Made by a program: the position numbers and the translations under genes. The notes under the pieces were generated by a model that was not told the DNA's origin, did not search any database, and saw only the letters and a program-made list of their open reading frames with translations. Shown one piece after another: positions 53,851 through 62,037 of a DNA stretch of 64,000 nucleotides. Each line of letters opens with the position of its first letter. Within the stretch, counting starts at the first letter, position 1. The stretch comes from a virus: positions 30,928 to 94,927 of IMG/VR virus record IMGVR_UViG_3300025849_000018. The stretch is one strand, 5' to 3'.

Positions 53851-54492
53851 TTATCCTGGAATTGTTATGTTTTCTAAATCAGTTATGTTATCCTGTACGC
53901 CGGCCACAGAACTAGAAACGCTATCAATTTGAGTTGTTACTTCACCAACAGCATCGCTGACTGTTGTGCTTAAAGAAACAATCTCATCATAACCAAGTTG
54001 GTCAAGTGCTTGGTCTTTCAAAGAATCGACGATACCTATTGCTTCATTCTTAATTGCGATTGCACCATCCATTACTGCGTCTGCTAAATCGTCTAAAGTA
54101 TTTCTTACAAGATCAGTAATACAATCTGCCAACTTTGTAGCAAGACTAGCAACTGCCCCTGCAATTTTAGCAATTGCACCAGCAAGTTGTGCAATTTGAA
54201 TTGCTAATTCGATTGCCGCCTCAATCGCTGGACCAGCGAGTCCGAGGACAACTTTTTTCGCCCACTTTAAAATCTTCAAGGGATCGGTGGGAAGCGACAA
54301 TATCGGCGCATACTTTGATATGAGATCAGTCATCTGTGTAACTTTCGCTAAAATTAGATCAGTCACAGTTTTTACATATGTGTCTACTTGTAATTGCAAG
54401 GCATCACAATTTAATGCACCGCCAGCAGCAGTGAGTCCATCGATGCTGTCTGCCCATTCATTTACTGTATCAATTGTTCCTTCTAATGACAT
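53851..54492 (-). CDS. Hypothetical alpha-helical protein
   Basis: 213 aa, A/L/I-rich amphipathic, downstream of gp5. Confidence 0.6.
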   Translation of the reverse strand: MSLEGTIDTVNEWADSIDGLTAAGGALNCDALQLQVDTYVKTVTDLILAKVTQMTDLISKYAPILSLPTDPLKILKWAKKVVLGLAGPAIEAAIELAIQIAQLAGAIAKIAGAVASLATKLADCITDLVRNTLDDLADAVMDGAIAIKNEAIGIVDSLKDQALDQLGYDEIVSLSTTVSDAVGEVTTQIDSVSSSVAGVQDNITDLENITIPG

Positions 54493-54548
54493 ATATTATT
54501 TCAACCTATGTGATGTCTGTTATGATCCCGGTTTGGGTGTGATGTCTG

Positions 54549-56099
54549 TCACTCATCGATGTCTGTTACAATGCCTTTCGTTACTGTGATGTTTTTTCCG
54601 TTGATATCAGTGAACGTTCCTGTAACACCTGTACCAACAGTCAAACCTCCTTTGATATTCACGCTGCCTAAAATGCCGACAGAAGGTGTATCTAATGCAA
54701 CTCCCACTGCTTTTAACTGAATTGCCCCGTCTAAACATTCCATGAATAGTGAAGTGTTTGAAGTGATTTTATAATCTTTTTGTACTGTCTCTGATCTATT
54801 ACCTTCAGTCAGAGATTTATAATTCTCGCCAACATACACATGATAATCTTTAGCAACGTCAATATACATTGATTGACTTTTTGACGGCGACTTGTCAATC
54901 CTTCGTTCGTTTTCAGGTGTTACACCAACACTCAATACAAAGTTATTACCTGAAGTTTGTATTGTATTATTAAGAACATCAAGGTATAAATTGTATTTAT
55001 CAAGTCCACCACCTGCGTAATCAGTTTTTCCGTTATCATTTATTCTATTTTTCGGTGTTTCTTGATGGCCGACTGTCCAGTGTGCTGAGTTACCAATCTT
55101 TGTCGTTTCAATATTGCCAATCTCAACGTTGTGATCTCGTTTGATTAGTTCGTTATGATCCTTTCCAACCACCTCAAAGGACGAATCCATGGTTTTCTTG
55201 CTGCGTCTTCCCTTATAGTCGGGTTCTGAAACGCCACCCGCAGTCTTATATTGAAACCCAGTTGGACCGTTTTCAGGCCAATCCTTCTTTTTATTCTCAA
55301 ATGATCGTGTATCGCCATCTAAAAAAGGTGATGGTCCATTTGATATTTCTTCATAACAACCTGAGTTGTGCCAGATGTGTATGCGTTCATGATTGGGCGT
55401 ATCATCCAGTTCTATCGCGTGACCAGACTTGGTTGTGTATGTTGTGTTATATGGATATTCTGTATTGTATGCTGTTGGAAACTCATCTACTGGTGCCTGA
55501 TCTTTCGCTTCCTTTTTCCAAAGAGTGCTAACTGTATACGGTTCTTTTGGTAGTGTCTGACCAGAACCCGCAATCTTTTTTTCAGCATCGATGAAGTAAC
55601 CCTTTGCCAACGCAGCAACATCACTGTAAAAATAATTTTGCTTTGGATTCTTTTCCAACTGAAGCATCGACTTTTTACCAGTCGGGATATCTGTCAGTGG
55701 TTCTGGATATCTGGATTCTTTATGGTATGTTCCAAAAATGACAGGTATGTTTTGTTCATGTCCATCAAGATAAAAACCAAACACATATGTTGAAAGTGCG
55801 ATACCTGTCGGTGAAAGACCTACCGCATCAATCCAATCTGGAGTTTCAAACTCTTCCATCTCCTTGACTTTAATCCAACTGAGAGATGCGGACTGAACTG
55901 CTGACATCGGCCATGCCCATAGAAGGTCTTCATCAAGAATACCCTTGGGCATCGCGCCGCCTACGATAGACTTCTTACCCATCTCACCGGTCTGATCGTT
56001 TATTACACGAACCTTAACACGACCCAGATATCTAGGATCCTTAATGTCAACAACTCGACCCATAAACCATTTAAATTGTTCGCCAACCTTATAAAACAT
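54549..56099 (-). CDS. 5: Baseplate hub/spike gp5 (no recognisable lysozyme domain)
   Basis: WFMGRVVD..DP..LGRVKVR, VFGFYLDG...P; YPYN....T.SGH.IELDDTP..ERI...H.SG. Confidence 0.9.
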   Translation of the reverse strand: MFYKVGEQFKWFMGRVVDIKDPRYLGRVKVRVINDQTGEMGKKSIVGGAMPKGILDEDLLWAWPMSAVQSASLSWIKVKEMEEFETPDWIDAVGLSPTGIALSTYVFGFYLDGHEQNIPVIFGTYHKESRYPEPLTDIPTGKKSMLQLEKNPKQNYFYSDVAALAKGYFIDAEKKIAGSGQTLPKEPYTVSTLWKKEAKDQAPVDEFPTAYNTEYPYNTTYTTKSGHAIELDDTPNHERIHIWHNSGCYEEISNGPSPFLDGDTRSFENKKKDWPENGPTGFQYKTAGGVSEPDYKGRRSKKTMDSSFEVVGKDHNELIKRDHNVEIGNIETTKIGNSAHWTVGHQETPKNRINDNGKTDYAGGGLDKYNLYLDVLNNTIQTSGNNFVLSVGVTPENERRIDKSPSKSQSMYIDVAKDYHVYVGENYKSLTEGNRSETVQKDYKITSNTSLFMECLDGAIQLKAVGVALDTPSVGILGSVNIKGGLTVGTGVTGTFTDINGKNITVTKGIVTDIDE

Positions 56100-57373
56100 T
56101 AACCCAATGACCTCTTCAAATTTGGTCTCCTACAGTCGAGAACCATAAAATGTTCAAACTTACCTGTGCCTTCTTTCTGTTTATTTAACATGTGACGGAT
56201 TGTTTTTACCAGAAAAATACCAGAATATACTTCTTGATCATCTGGAGCTGTAGAAAGAGCAGTGATTTCTGGAACCTTTACATCAATACAATCACCTACC
56301 ATTAAATTGGTGTCACCATAAACTCGTAAATTCATACCATAAGCAAATATCTTTTGACGAAAGGCAGCCTTATAATGCATGTGTTGATTAATTCGCATCT
56401 CAGGGCGAGTTCCGTCTTTTAACGCTAGATTGACAATAGATGGAGATGTTTCGGCAAAAGAGTTAAATGATGAACTGTGTATGTCATCTGACGAATCCGT
56501 GTTCTTAAATGACTTATGATCGACACTATTCACATACTCTTGTTTCGCAAAATAGTCGCCGTGTAAGATATCAAACTCCACATATTTATTTTTATGTGCG
56601 CCTTGTTTTATTTTATTCATAGAATCGCCTTGATTGAATACTTCATATTTCAAGATGTTTCTATGATTCACTCGTTTGTCTACATCCTTGGCTCCTGTGC
56701 CTGTTGGATATTCAAACTCAAACTGACTTGCCTTTGATTTGCGTGTCTCAATCAGATGTTCTATTGTCAAGAATTGATATTTTTCATTATCTTCGTAGAA
56801 TATATAATCAGAACCTTTATGTTCTTTTGACACCGCTCGTTCACAAATTAAATCTATTACTTGAAAGGGTCTGGTACGATTTACAGTGTAATCAAAAAAT
56901 CCATTGGTTCCATCCGGTGTTTCTATTGTCTTACCACTACCGAGGTCTTTCTGAACAACCTCCTTTAACGCCGCAACATATTCCATGTCCTTATATCTTT
57001 TAGTAAACAGACTATAAGAATTTTTCATCGCGTCCATTGTCACGCACCGAAGAACATATGACTTCAGCGAGGACATGTCATTTGACTGCATGTTCGTGAT
57101 GCTCTCTACAAAGAAATTATATGAAATCTCCTTGCCACTCGCGGGTGTTTTTATTTTAAAAGTAACTTTCTCTTCAGCGCCTATGGGAAGAAAGTTCATA
57201 AGTTCAATGCCTTCCGTCACCATAATGTCACAGACTATAGTATAATTATCTAAAGACTCAAAGATATCTACAGCCGTTACAAGATGTGATATCTCTTGAG
57301 GGTTACCACCAGTAAAGGTTGTGATTTTTATACTATCAAGTTCTACCGAACCCGCGTCAACTGTTTCCGCCAT
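56099..57373 (-). CDS. Baseplate hub protein (gp27-like)
   Basis: IFESL.., PF.VI, YIFYE..F.TIE.L, VYGD..L.VGD.I, YSG.FLV..IRH; between gp53 and gp5. Confidence 0.7.
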   Translation of the reverse strand: MAETVDAGSVELDSIKITTFTGGNPQEISHLVTAVDIFESLDNYTIVCDIMVTEGIELMNFLPIGAEEKVTFKIKTPASGKEISYNFFVESITNMQSNDMSSLKSYVLRCVTMDAMKNSYSLFTKRYKDMEYVAALKEVVQKDLGSGKTIETPDGTNGFFDYTVNRTRPFQVIDLICERAVSKEHKGSDYIFYEDNEKYQFLTIEHLIETRKSKASQFEFEYPTGTGAKDVDKRVNHRNILKYEVFNQGDSMNKIKQGAHKNKYVEFDILHGDYFAKQEYVNSVDHKSFKNTDSSDDIHSSSFNSFAETSPSIVNLALKDGTRPEMRINQHMHYKAAFRQKIFAYGMNLRVYGDTNLMVGDCIDVKVPEITALSTAPDDQEVYSGIFLVKTIRHMLNKQKEGTGKFEHFMVLDCRRPNLKRSLG

Positions 57374-57381
57374 ACTCTAGA

Positions 57382-58290
57382 TTACCTCATAGATTCGGTG
57401 AGTTGGCTGCTCAAGGTCTTTGAGTTGAGCTTGTCAACTAAAAAGATTTCTTTTTTCTTATCATTTAATTCAACTTCATAATCATAATAAGAAACTGCCT
57501 TTTGATAGACAACCTCGGCCGCGGGAATTACTTGTCTATCTGTCTTAACCGAGGCAGCATTTACTGTTGCTGTTACACCGGCATCGTTGGTAATAGTATA
57601 GTTACTACCGGATGTAAAATCACCTAATACATTCTTAACATTGCAAACAGATGTATTCGCAAAAACAATTTCGCCGTGATTATATTCGTCTCTCTCAACT
57701 ATGTCACCAAGTGTAAATGCTGTTGTCATTGGAGTCGTAAAACCAAACGACATAATCTTATTTGTGTTATATAAAATGGTTTCCTTGGATCGTTCGTAAC
57801 CGACAACTCCAATTGCCGATACTAAAGGTGCCCAATACTTTTTAACATTACTAACTGAATCTGGGTCAATATTTTCACCTAGACTAAATGTCGGTGACAG
57901 TGCTTCATATCCGCTTTTAGATAAGATTGTATCATCAGATTGATAATCACTCTTATAATGAATAATTTTTCTAATCGCATTGCGGCGAGAACCATACTTC
58001 TTAACGATATATTGATCAAAGTCAAGTCCAGACATAGAGGTGTCATAGTGTGGATCAATAATGTCATTTGCCAGATAAACCAACCAATCGTAGTTAACAT
58101 CGTCGTAGTAGTTAAAAGCAAGTTCATCAACCGTTTCATCGCGCTTCATTGTGTGAGTGTAAAATGCCGTCAAGTATTTTTTGACCGATGTTGACAGTCC
58201 AACTCTCTTCAAAATATTAATTGAAAGTTGTCCCTTATATTGCGTCAAGGGAAACTTACTGAAATACGATCTTTGCTTGTTAATCGCCAT
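57382..58290 (-). CDS. 53: Baseplate wedge subunit gp53
   Basis: YFSKFP..Y, LA..YY..YDWLV.LANDI.DP, YI.KKYGS, YDYE.ELN..K..I. Confidence 0.88.
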   Translation of the reverse strand: MAINKQRSYFSKFPLTQYKGQLSINILKRVGLSTSVKKYLTAFYTHTMKRDETVDELAFNYYDDVNYDWLVYLANDIIDPHYDTSMSGLDFDQYIVKKYGSRRNAIRKIIHYKSDYQSDDTILSKSGYEALSPTFSLGENIDPDSVSNVKKYWAPLVSAIGVVGYERSKETILYNTNKIMSFGFTTPMTTAFTLGDIVERDEYNHGEIVFANTSVCNVKNVLGDFTSGSNYTITNDAGVTATVNAASVKTDRQVIPAAEVVYQKAVSYYDYEVELNDKKKEIFLVDKLNSKTLSSQLTESMR

Positions 58291-58292
58291 CG

Positions 58293-59465
58293 TTAGGAAC
58301 CCTCTCTAACATCTTCTCTGGTAAACAATTCAGCTTCTCTCAACTGCATTGACAGAGCGATTGAAACCGGTGACCCATCATTAAAGAATGCGGAAGTGCC
58401 TTCTCCTGTATAGTTAACTGAAAATGTTTCAACGAACATGGTTTTGAATACTCCATATTGTTCTGCTCCTCTACCCTCAATCTTAATCTCAAGCAAATCG
58501 GGATATACCATAAAATCGTCTGACACACTTGGGAGAATCTTGAACTTGATTTCATCAATAATCTTTTTTAAGTTTGATGCATCATCCTTATCAAGAGGCA
58601 CAAGTTTCCATGAAAAATTAAATGATCGAAGCGGTAAACCTTTGAAGAACACAGAAGGGTGTGGATTATAAATTTGACCCATTTCTTGTTGTATTACACT
58701 ACCCAAGCTTGGTAAAGGACCGGAGTCTGCGGCCGCAAAGGCAGCGCGACCCACCACTGCCGCGCCGCCACTGAGCGCCGTCTCGAGCCCGGCGAGGGCC
58801 TTCTCACCCGCACTATCAGCACCTTCGAAAGATTCCATCATTTGTTCTCTGATTGCGCCAGTAGCACCTGTTTCCTGAGTATCATAAGACACATTTAAAT
58901 CTTGTTGGAAATTTTCCGGTAAAGGCAAATAAATGTCTCCAGCCGGTCCGGTAGTTCCTTCAGATTGCGCGTCTGTTCGTTTATACGCAAGAAATTTTAA
59001 TTTCAAGTAAGTGTGCGCTGCATTTTCGAGATTAGCGGGAAACATCATGGATTCCCCCGCCCCCTCACCTTGTGCTTTGCGTGCCTTCTCTGCTTCAGTG
59101 TCGGGATTGCTTTTACTACTCTTGACATTTGATGTACCAGATTTACCAGTCCCCGCCGTGCTGTCGGTCGCACTATCAGCTAAAGAATTCTTCTTATTAA
59201 CCGCATCTGATACAATATTGTTTGTGAGGCTGTTTATTTGTGTAGAAGTGAATCCCGCATCCGCCAATCCAGAAGATATGGTAGACTGTATGGCATTCAA
59301 ACCCGACTGAGTACTATTAGTGTTTTTCAGTGCGGTGACACTTGTTCCGTTGGTTGAATTTGGTGAATATGTATTGACACCAGTAACACCCGATTGTTGG
59401 ACATTGATATTATCAATACTTCTTTGTAATGAACCAATCTCAATTGACGTTGGTAACTGTGACAT
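58293..59465 (-). CDS. 48: Baseplate tail-tube cap gp48
   Basis: IYLPLP, NPH...F.G..LRSF.FSWKL.P, SVNYT..G..F.DG.PV...L...E. Confidence 0.85.
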   Translation of the reverse strand: MSQLPTSIEIGSLQRSIDNINVQQSGVTGVNTYSPNSTNGTSVTALKNTNSTQSGLNAIQSTISSGLADAGFTSTQINSLTNNIVSDAVNKKNSLADSATDSTAGTGKSGTSNVKSSKSNPDTEAEKARKAQGEGAGESMMFPANLENAAHTYLKLKFLAYKRTDAQSEGTTGPAGDIYLPLPENFQQDLNVSYDTQETGATGAIREQMMESFEGADSAGEKALAGLETALSGGAAVVGRAAFAAADSGPLPSLGSVIQQEMGQIYNPHPSVFFKGLPLRSFNFSWKLVPLDKDDASNLKKIIDEIKFKILPSVSDDFMVYPDLLEIKIEGRGAEQYGVFKTMFVETFSVNYTGEGTSAFFNDGSPVSIALSMQLREAELFTREDVREGS

Positions 59466-59481
59466 CTATATTTCCTATAAC

Positions 59482-59489
59482 TATAAATA
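59482..59489 (+). promoter_or_regulatory. T4-type late promoter for the gp4 operon
   Basis: Exact TATAAATA on the plus strand. Confidence 0.75.
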
Positions 59490-59505
59490 GTGTAACTGAT
59501 TACTT

Positions 59506-59513
59506 TATTTATA
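59506..59513 (-). promoter_or_regulatory. T4-type late promoter for the gp48/baseplate operon
   Basis: Exact TATAAATA on the minus strand. Confidence 0.75.
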
Positions 59514-59549
59514 CAACTTATCAGATATGGCACGGAGAAAGATGTAGAT

Positions 59550-59993
59550 ATGCCTAGATATTATCAAGGTGTTTTTAAACCTTATAACCCGCATAAATAC
59601 AAAGGCGACTCATCTAATATTGTCTATCGTTCGCGGTGGGAGTTTCGTTTAATGGAATATTTAGACAAACATCCTGATGTAAAACAATGGGCAAGCGAAG
59701 AACTGATCATACCATATCGTTCACCAATCGACGGCAAGGTTCATAGATACTTTCCTGACTTCTGGGTTCGTAAAATTAACCGAGAAGGAAAAGAAGATGT
59801 CGTGGTTATAGAGGTAAAACCAAAAGCACAAACAGTTGAACCAAAGATTCAGAAAAAACTCACTAAGAAGTATTTATACGAAGTGCAGACTTGGGGAGTA
59901 AATAAATCTAAATGGATTGCAGCAGAAGACTATTGTAGGAAAAAAGGATGGCAGTTTTCCATTATGACAGAACATGATTTGGGGATAAAATAG
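59550..59993 (+). CDS. 4: Head completion nuclease gp4
   Basis: NP.KY.GD..IVYRS.WE, W.SEE..IPY.SP.D...HRYFPDF, IEVKP, N..KW.AA. Confidence 0.93.
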   Translation: MPRYYQGVFKPYNPHKYKGDSSNIVYRSRWEFRLMEYLDKHPDVKQWASEELIIPYRSPIDGKVHRYFPDFWVRKINREGKEDVVVIEVKPKAQTVEPKIQKKLTKKYLYEVQTWGVNKSKWIAAEDYCRKKGWQFSIMTEHDLGIK

Positions 59994-60595
59994 TGGCATC
60001 ATATATCTTTCAGAAAATCGCTAAAGAAGGTGAGGCAGCAGGTGTCAAAGCTGGGTCTGAGGAGTCGAAGGATTGGTTCCGTGATCAGGCAATGACAGTT
60101 GGCCAGGTCAATGTTCAGAAAGAGATGAGGAACAAAGAACGATTATCAAACAAACTGACGCAAACTGACATAGGTCGCATGTATCATTTCTTTTATGATC
60201 CAAAACATAAAAACACTTTGCCATACTATGATAGATTTCCTCTTATTTTTGTAATGGAAAGATATGGCGATGGATTTCTTGGTATGAACTTACATTATCT
60301 TCCTCCAGTATATCGCGCACGACTGATGGACGCACTATATACTATTGAGAAAAACGATGCTGTTAGAGACTCTAAAAAACTGAAGATGTCTTATAGTCTA
60401 TTAGCAGGCGCAGCAAAGTTCAAATATTTCCAACCGTGCGTGAAAAGATACCTTGAAAATCATGTTAGGTCGAGGTATTTGTATATCCCTGCTGAAGAAT
60501 GGGATGTGGCATTGATGTTACCCACAGAGCGTTTTAAGAAGAAGAAAAAGTCATCGGTCTGGAAGGATTCAAGGAAATCAGTTATTAGGAAATAA
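59993..60595 (+). CDS. 2: DNA end protector gp2
   Basis: G.MY.F.YDPK.K..LPYYD.FPL, G.NLHYL, PCVKRYL..HV.S, LP.ERF; GTG start. Confidence 0.92.
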   Translation: MASYIFQKIAKEGEAAGVKAGSEESKDWFRDQAMTVGQVNVQKEMRNKERLSNKLTQTDIGRMYHFFYDPKHKNTLPYYDRFPLIFVMERYGDGFLGMNLHYLPPVYRARLMDALYTIEKNDAVRDSKKLKMSYSLLAGAAKFKYFQPCVKRYLENHVRSRYLYIPAEEWDVALMLPTERFKKKKKSSVWKDSRKSVIRK

Positions 60596-60600
60596 AAAAT

Positions 60601-61137
60601 ATGGCATTCAGTATTCAAGACATGAAAGACACCATCAACACCGATGGATATTTACACGCAGCAAACTATGAGGTGATAGTCATACCTCCTGCTGCTGTTG
60701 GTGGCGGCGAACTCTTGAGAATAAGAGCGGAGTCGGTATCATTACCAGGAGTTTCTTTTGCTTCTGTTGATGGTTATAAAGCATACGGAACAGGAAAAAC
60801 TTACTCAGTACCCCATACATTTACTCCGGCAGCAGTTGCGGTAAATCACTTAATTGATAACAGCGGTGAAGTTTTAAAAATTCTAAACGACTGGAGTAAT
60901 AAGATTGTAGATTTCAGAGGGGCTGGAGATGGCCGTTACACAGCATCATATTTCAGTACTTATGTTGTTGATGCTGATATAGTTTTATATGGTTCTGATC
61001 AGCAAATAGTCAAGACGATTAAGTTGTATGATATGTATCCATCAACCGTTGACCAAGTACAGATGTCTTGGGGCAGCTCCGACGAACTTGCGAAAGTAAG
61101 TGTTCAATATCAATTTGTAGATTATACTATTAGTTAA
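60601..61137 (+). CDS. Tail tube-like baseplate initiator (gp54-like)
   Basis: gp19-like fold motifs: ES VSLPG, L.D.YP..V....SW. Confidence 0.7.
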   Translation: MAFSIQDMKDTINTDGYLHAANYEVIVIPPAAVGGGELLRIRAESVSLPGVSFASVDGYKAYGTGKTYSVPHTFTPAAVAVNHLIDNSGEVLKILNDWSNKIVDFRGAGDGRYTASYFSTYVVDADIVLYGSDQQIVKTIKLYDMYPSTVDQVQMSWGSSDELAKVSVQYQFVDYTIS

Positions 61138-61153
61138 ATTAAGGTGGAATATT

Positions 61154-61861
61154 ATGTTACCCAAACTTGCCGTACCAACTTTTGAAATGAAACTCCCGTC
61201 AACTGGCGAGAGAATTTTATACCGGCCGTTTCTGGTCAAAGAAGAGAAAGTCCTGCTGTTTGCCAAACAAAGTGGTGAACGAGTAGATATTATAAATGCG
61301 ATTAAACAAGTGATTACCTCATGCGTTTTAAATGATGATTTTGATATAGATAAGATCACTGTATTCGATATGGAATATTTGTTTATTAAAGCACGATCAG
61401 TATCCGTTGGAAATGAAATTTCATTCACTGTCAGAGATAGTACTGATGAAACAACATATGAGTTTAAACTCAATTTGGATGAGGTTGAAGTAACTTTTCC
61501 AGAAGACGCGAATAAACAAATATTACTCACGGATGATATTGGCATTATGATGAAGTATCCGACTATGGAGTTATCTGAGAAAATCGCAGATATCGATGAT
61601 GTTTTAGATATAGCATCAGAGACGGTTAAGCATTGTATTGATTATGTCTTTGATAAAGAAACCACTTATCCTTGGAGTCAAGAGCCCGAAGAAGACAAGG
61701 ATGAATTTCTCAATCATTTAGATCAAAGTCAATATGAAAAGATCACGGACTTCTTTACGCGAGTACCCAAGATAGAACACATTTTTGAGTACACGAACGG
61801 CAAGGGGGAAGACAAGAAAGTTTATTTCAGGAAAATAGAAGATTTTTTTCTATTGGGCTGA
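61154..61861 (+). CDS. 26: Baseplate hub subunit/assembly chaperone gp26
   Basis: MLPK...P.F...LPSTG..I.YRPFLVKEEK.LL, FD.EYLF..R..SVG, MKYP, FF...PK. Confidence 0.9.
   Translation: MLPKLAVPTFEMKLPSTGERILYRPFLVKEEKVLLFAKQSGERVDIINAIKQVITSCVLNDDFDIDKITVFDMEYLFIKARSVSVGNEISFTVRDSTDETTYEFKLNLDEVEVTFPEDANKQILLTDDIGIMMKYPTMELSEKIADIDDVLDIASETVKHCIDYVFDKETTYPWSQEPEEDKDEFLNHLDQSQYEKITDFFTRVPKIEHIFEYTNGKGEDKKVYFRKIEDFFLLG
61843..61849 (+). other. Candidate -1 ribosomal frameshift site T-TTT-TTT
   Basis: Slippery heptamer 3 codons before the gp26 stop; the -1 frame is open straight into the gp51-like ORF. Confidence 0.6.
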
Positions 61862-61866
61862 GTTAT

Positions 61867-62022
61867 ATGAGTTTACAAAACTTATATAAAATCAATTTCG
61901 ACATAACTCAGTATCACAAATTTACATTGACAGAAATTGAAAATATGATTCCATTTGAACGGGACATATATGTTATGATGTTAGAAGAAAAGATTAAAAA
62001 AGAAGAAGATGCCAGAAAATAA
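61867..62022 (+). CDS. 51: Baseplate hub assembly catalyst gp51-like (not in ORF track)
   Basis: MSLQNLYKINFDITQYHKFTLTEIENMIPFERDIYVMMLEEKIKKEEDARK. Confidence 0.8.
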   Translation: MSLQNLYKINFDITQYHKFTLTEIENMIPFERDIYVMMLEEKIKKEEDARK

Positions 62023-62037
62023 AATAAGGTACTACGC

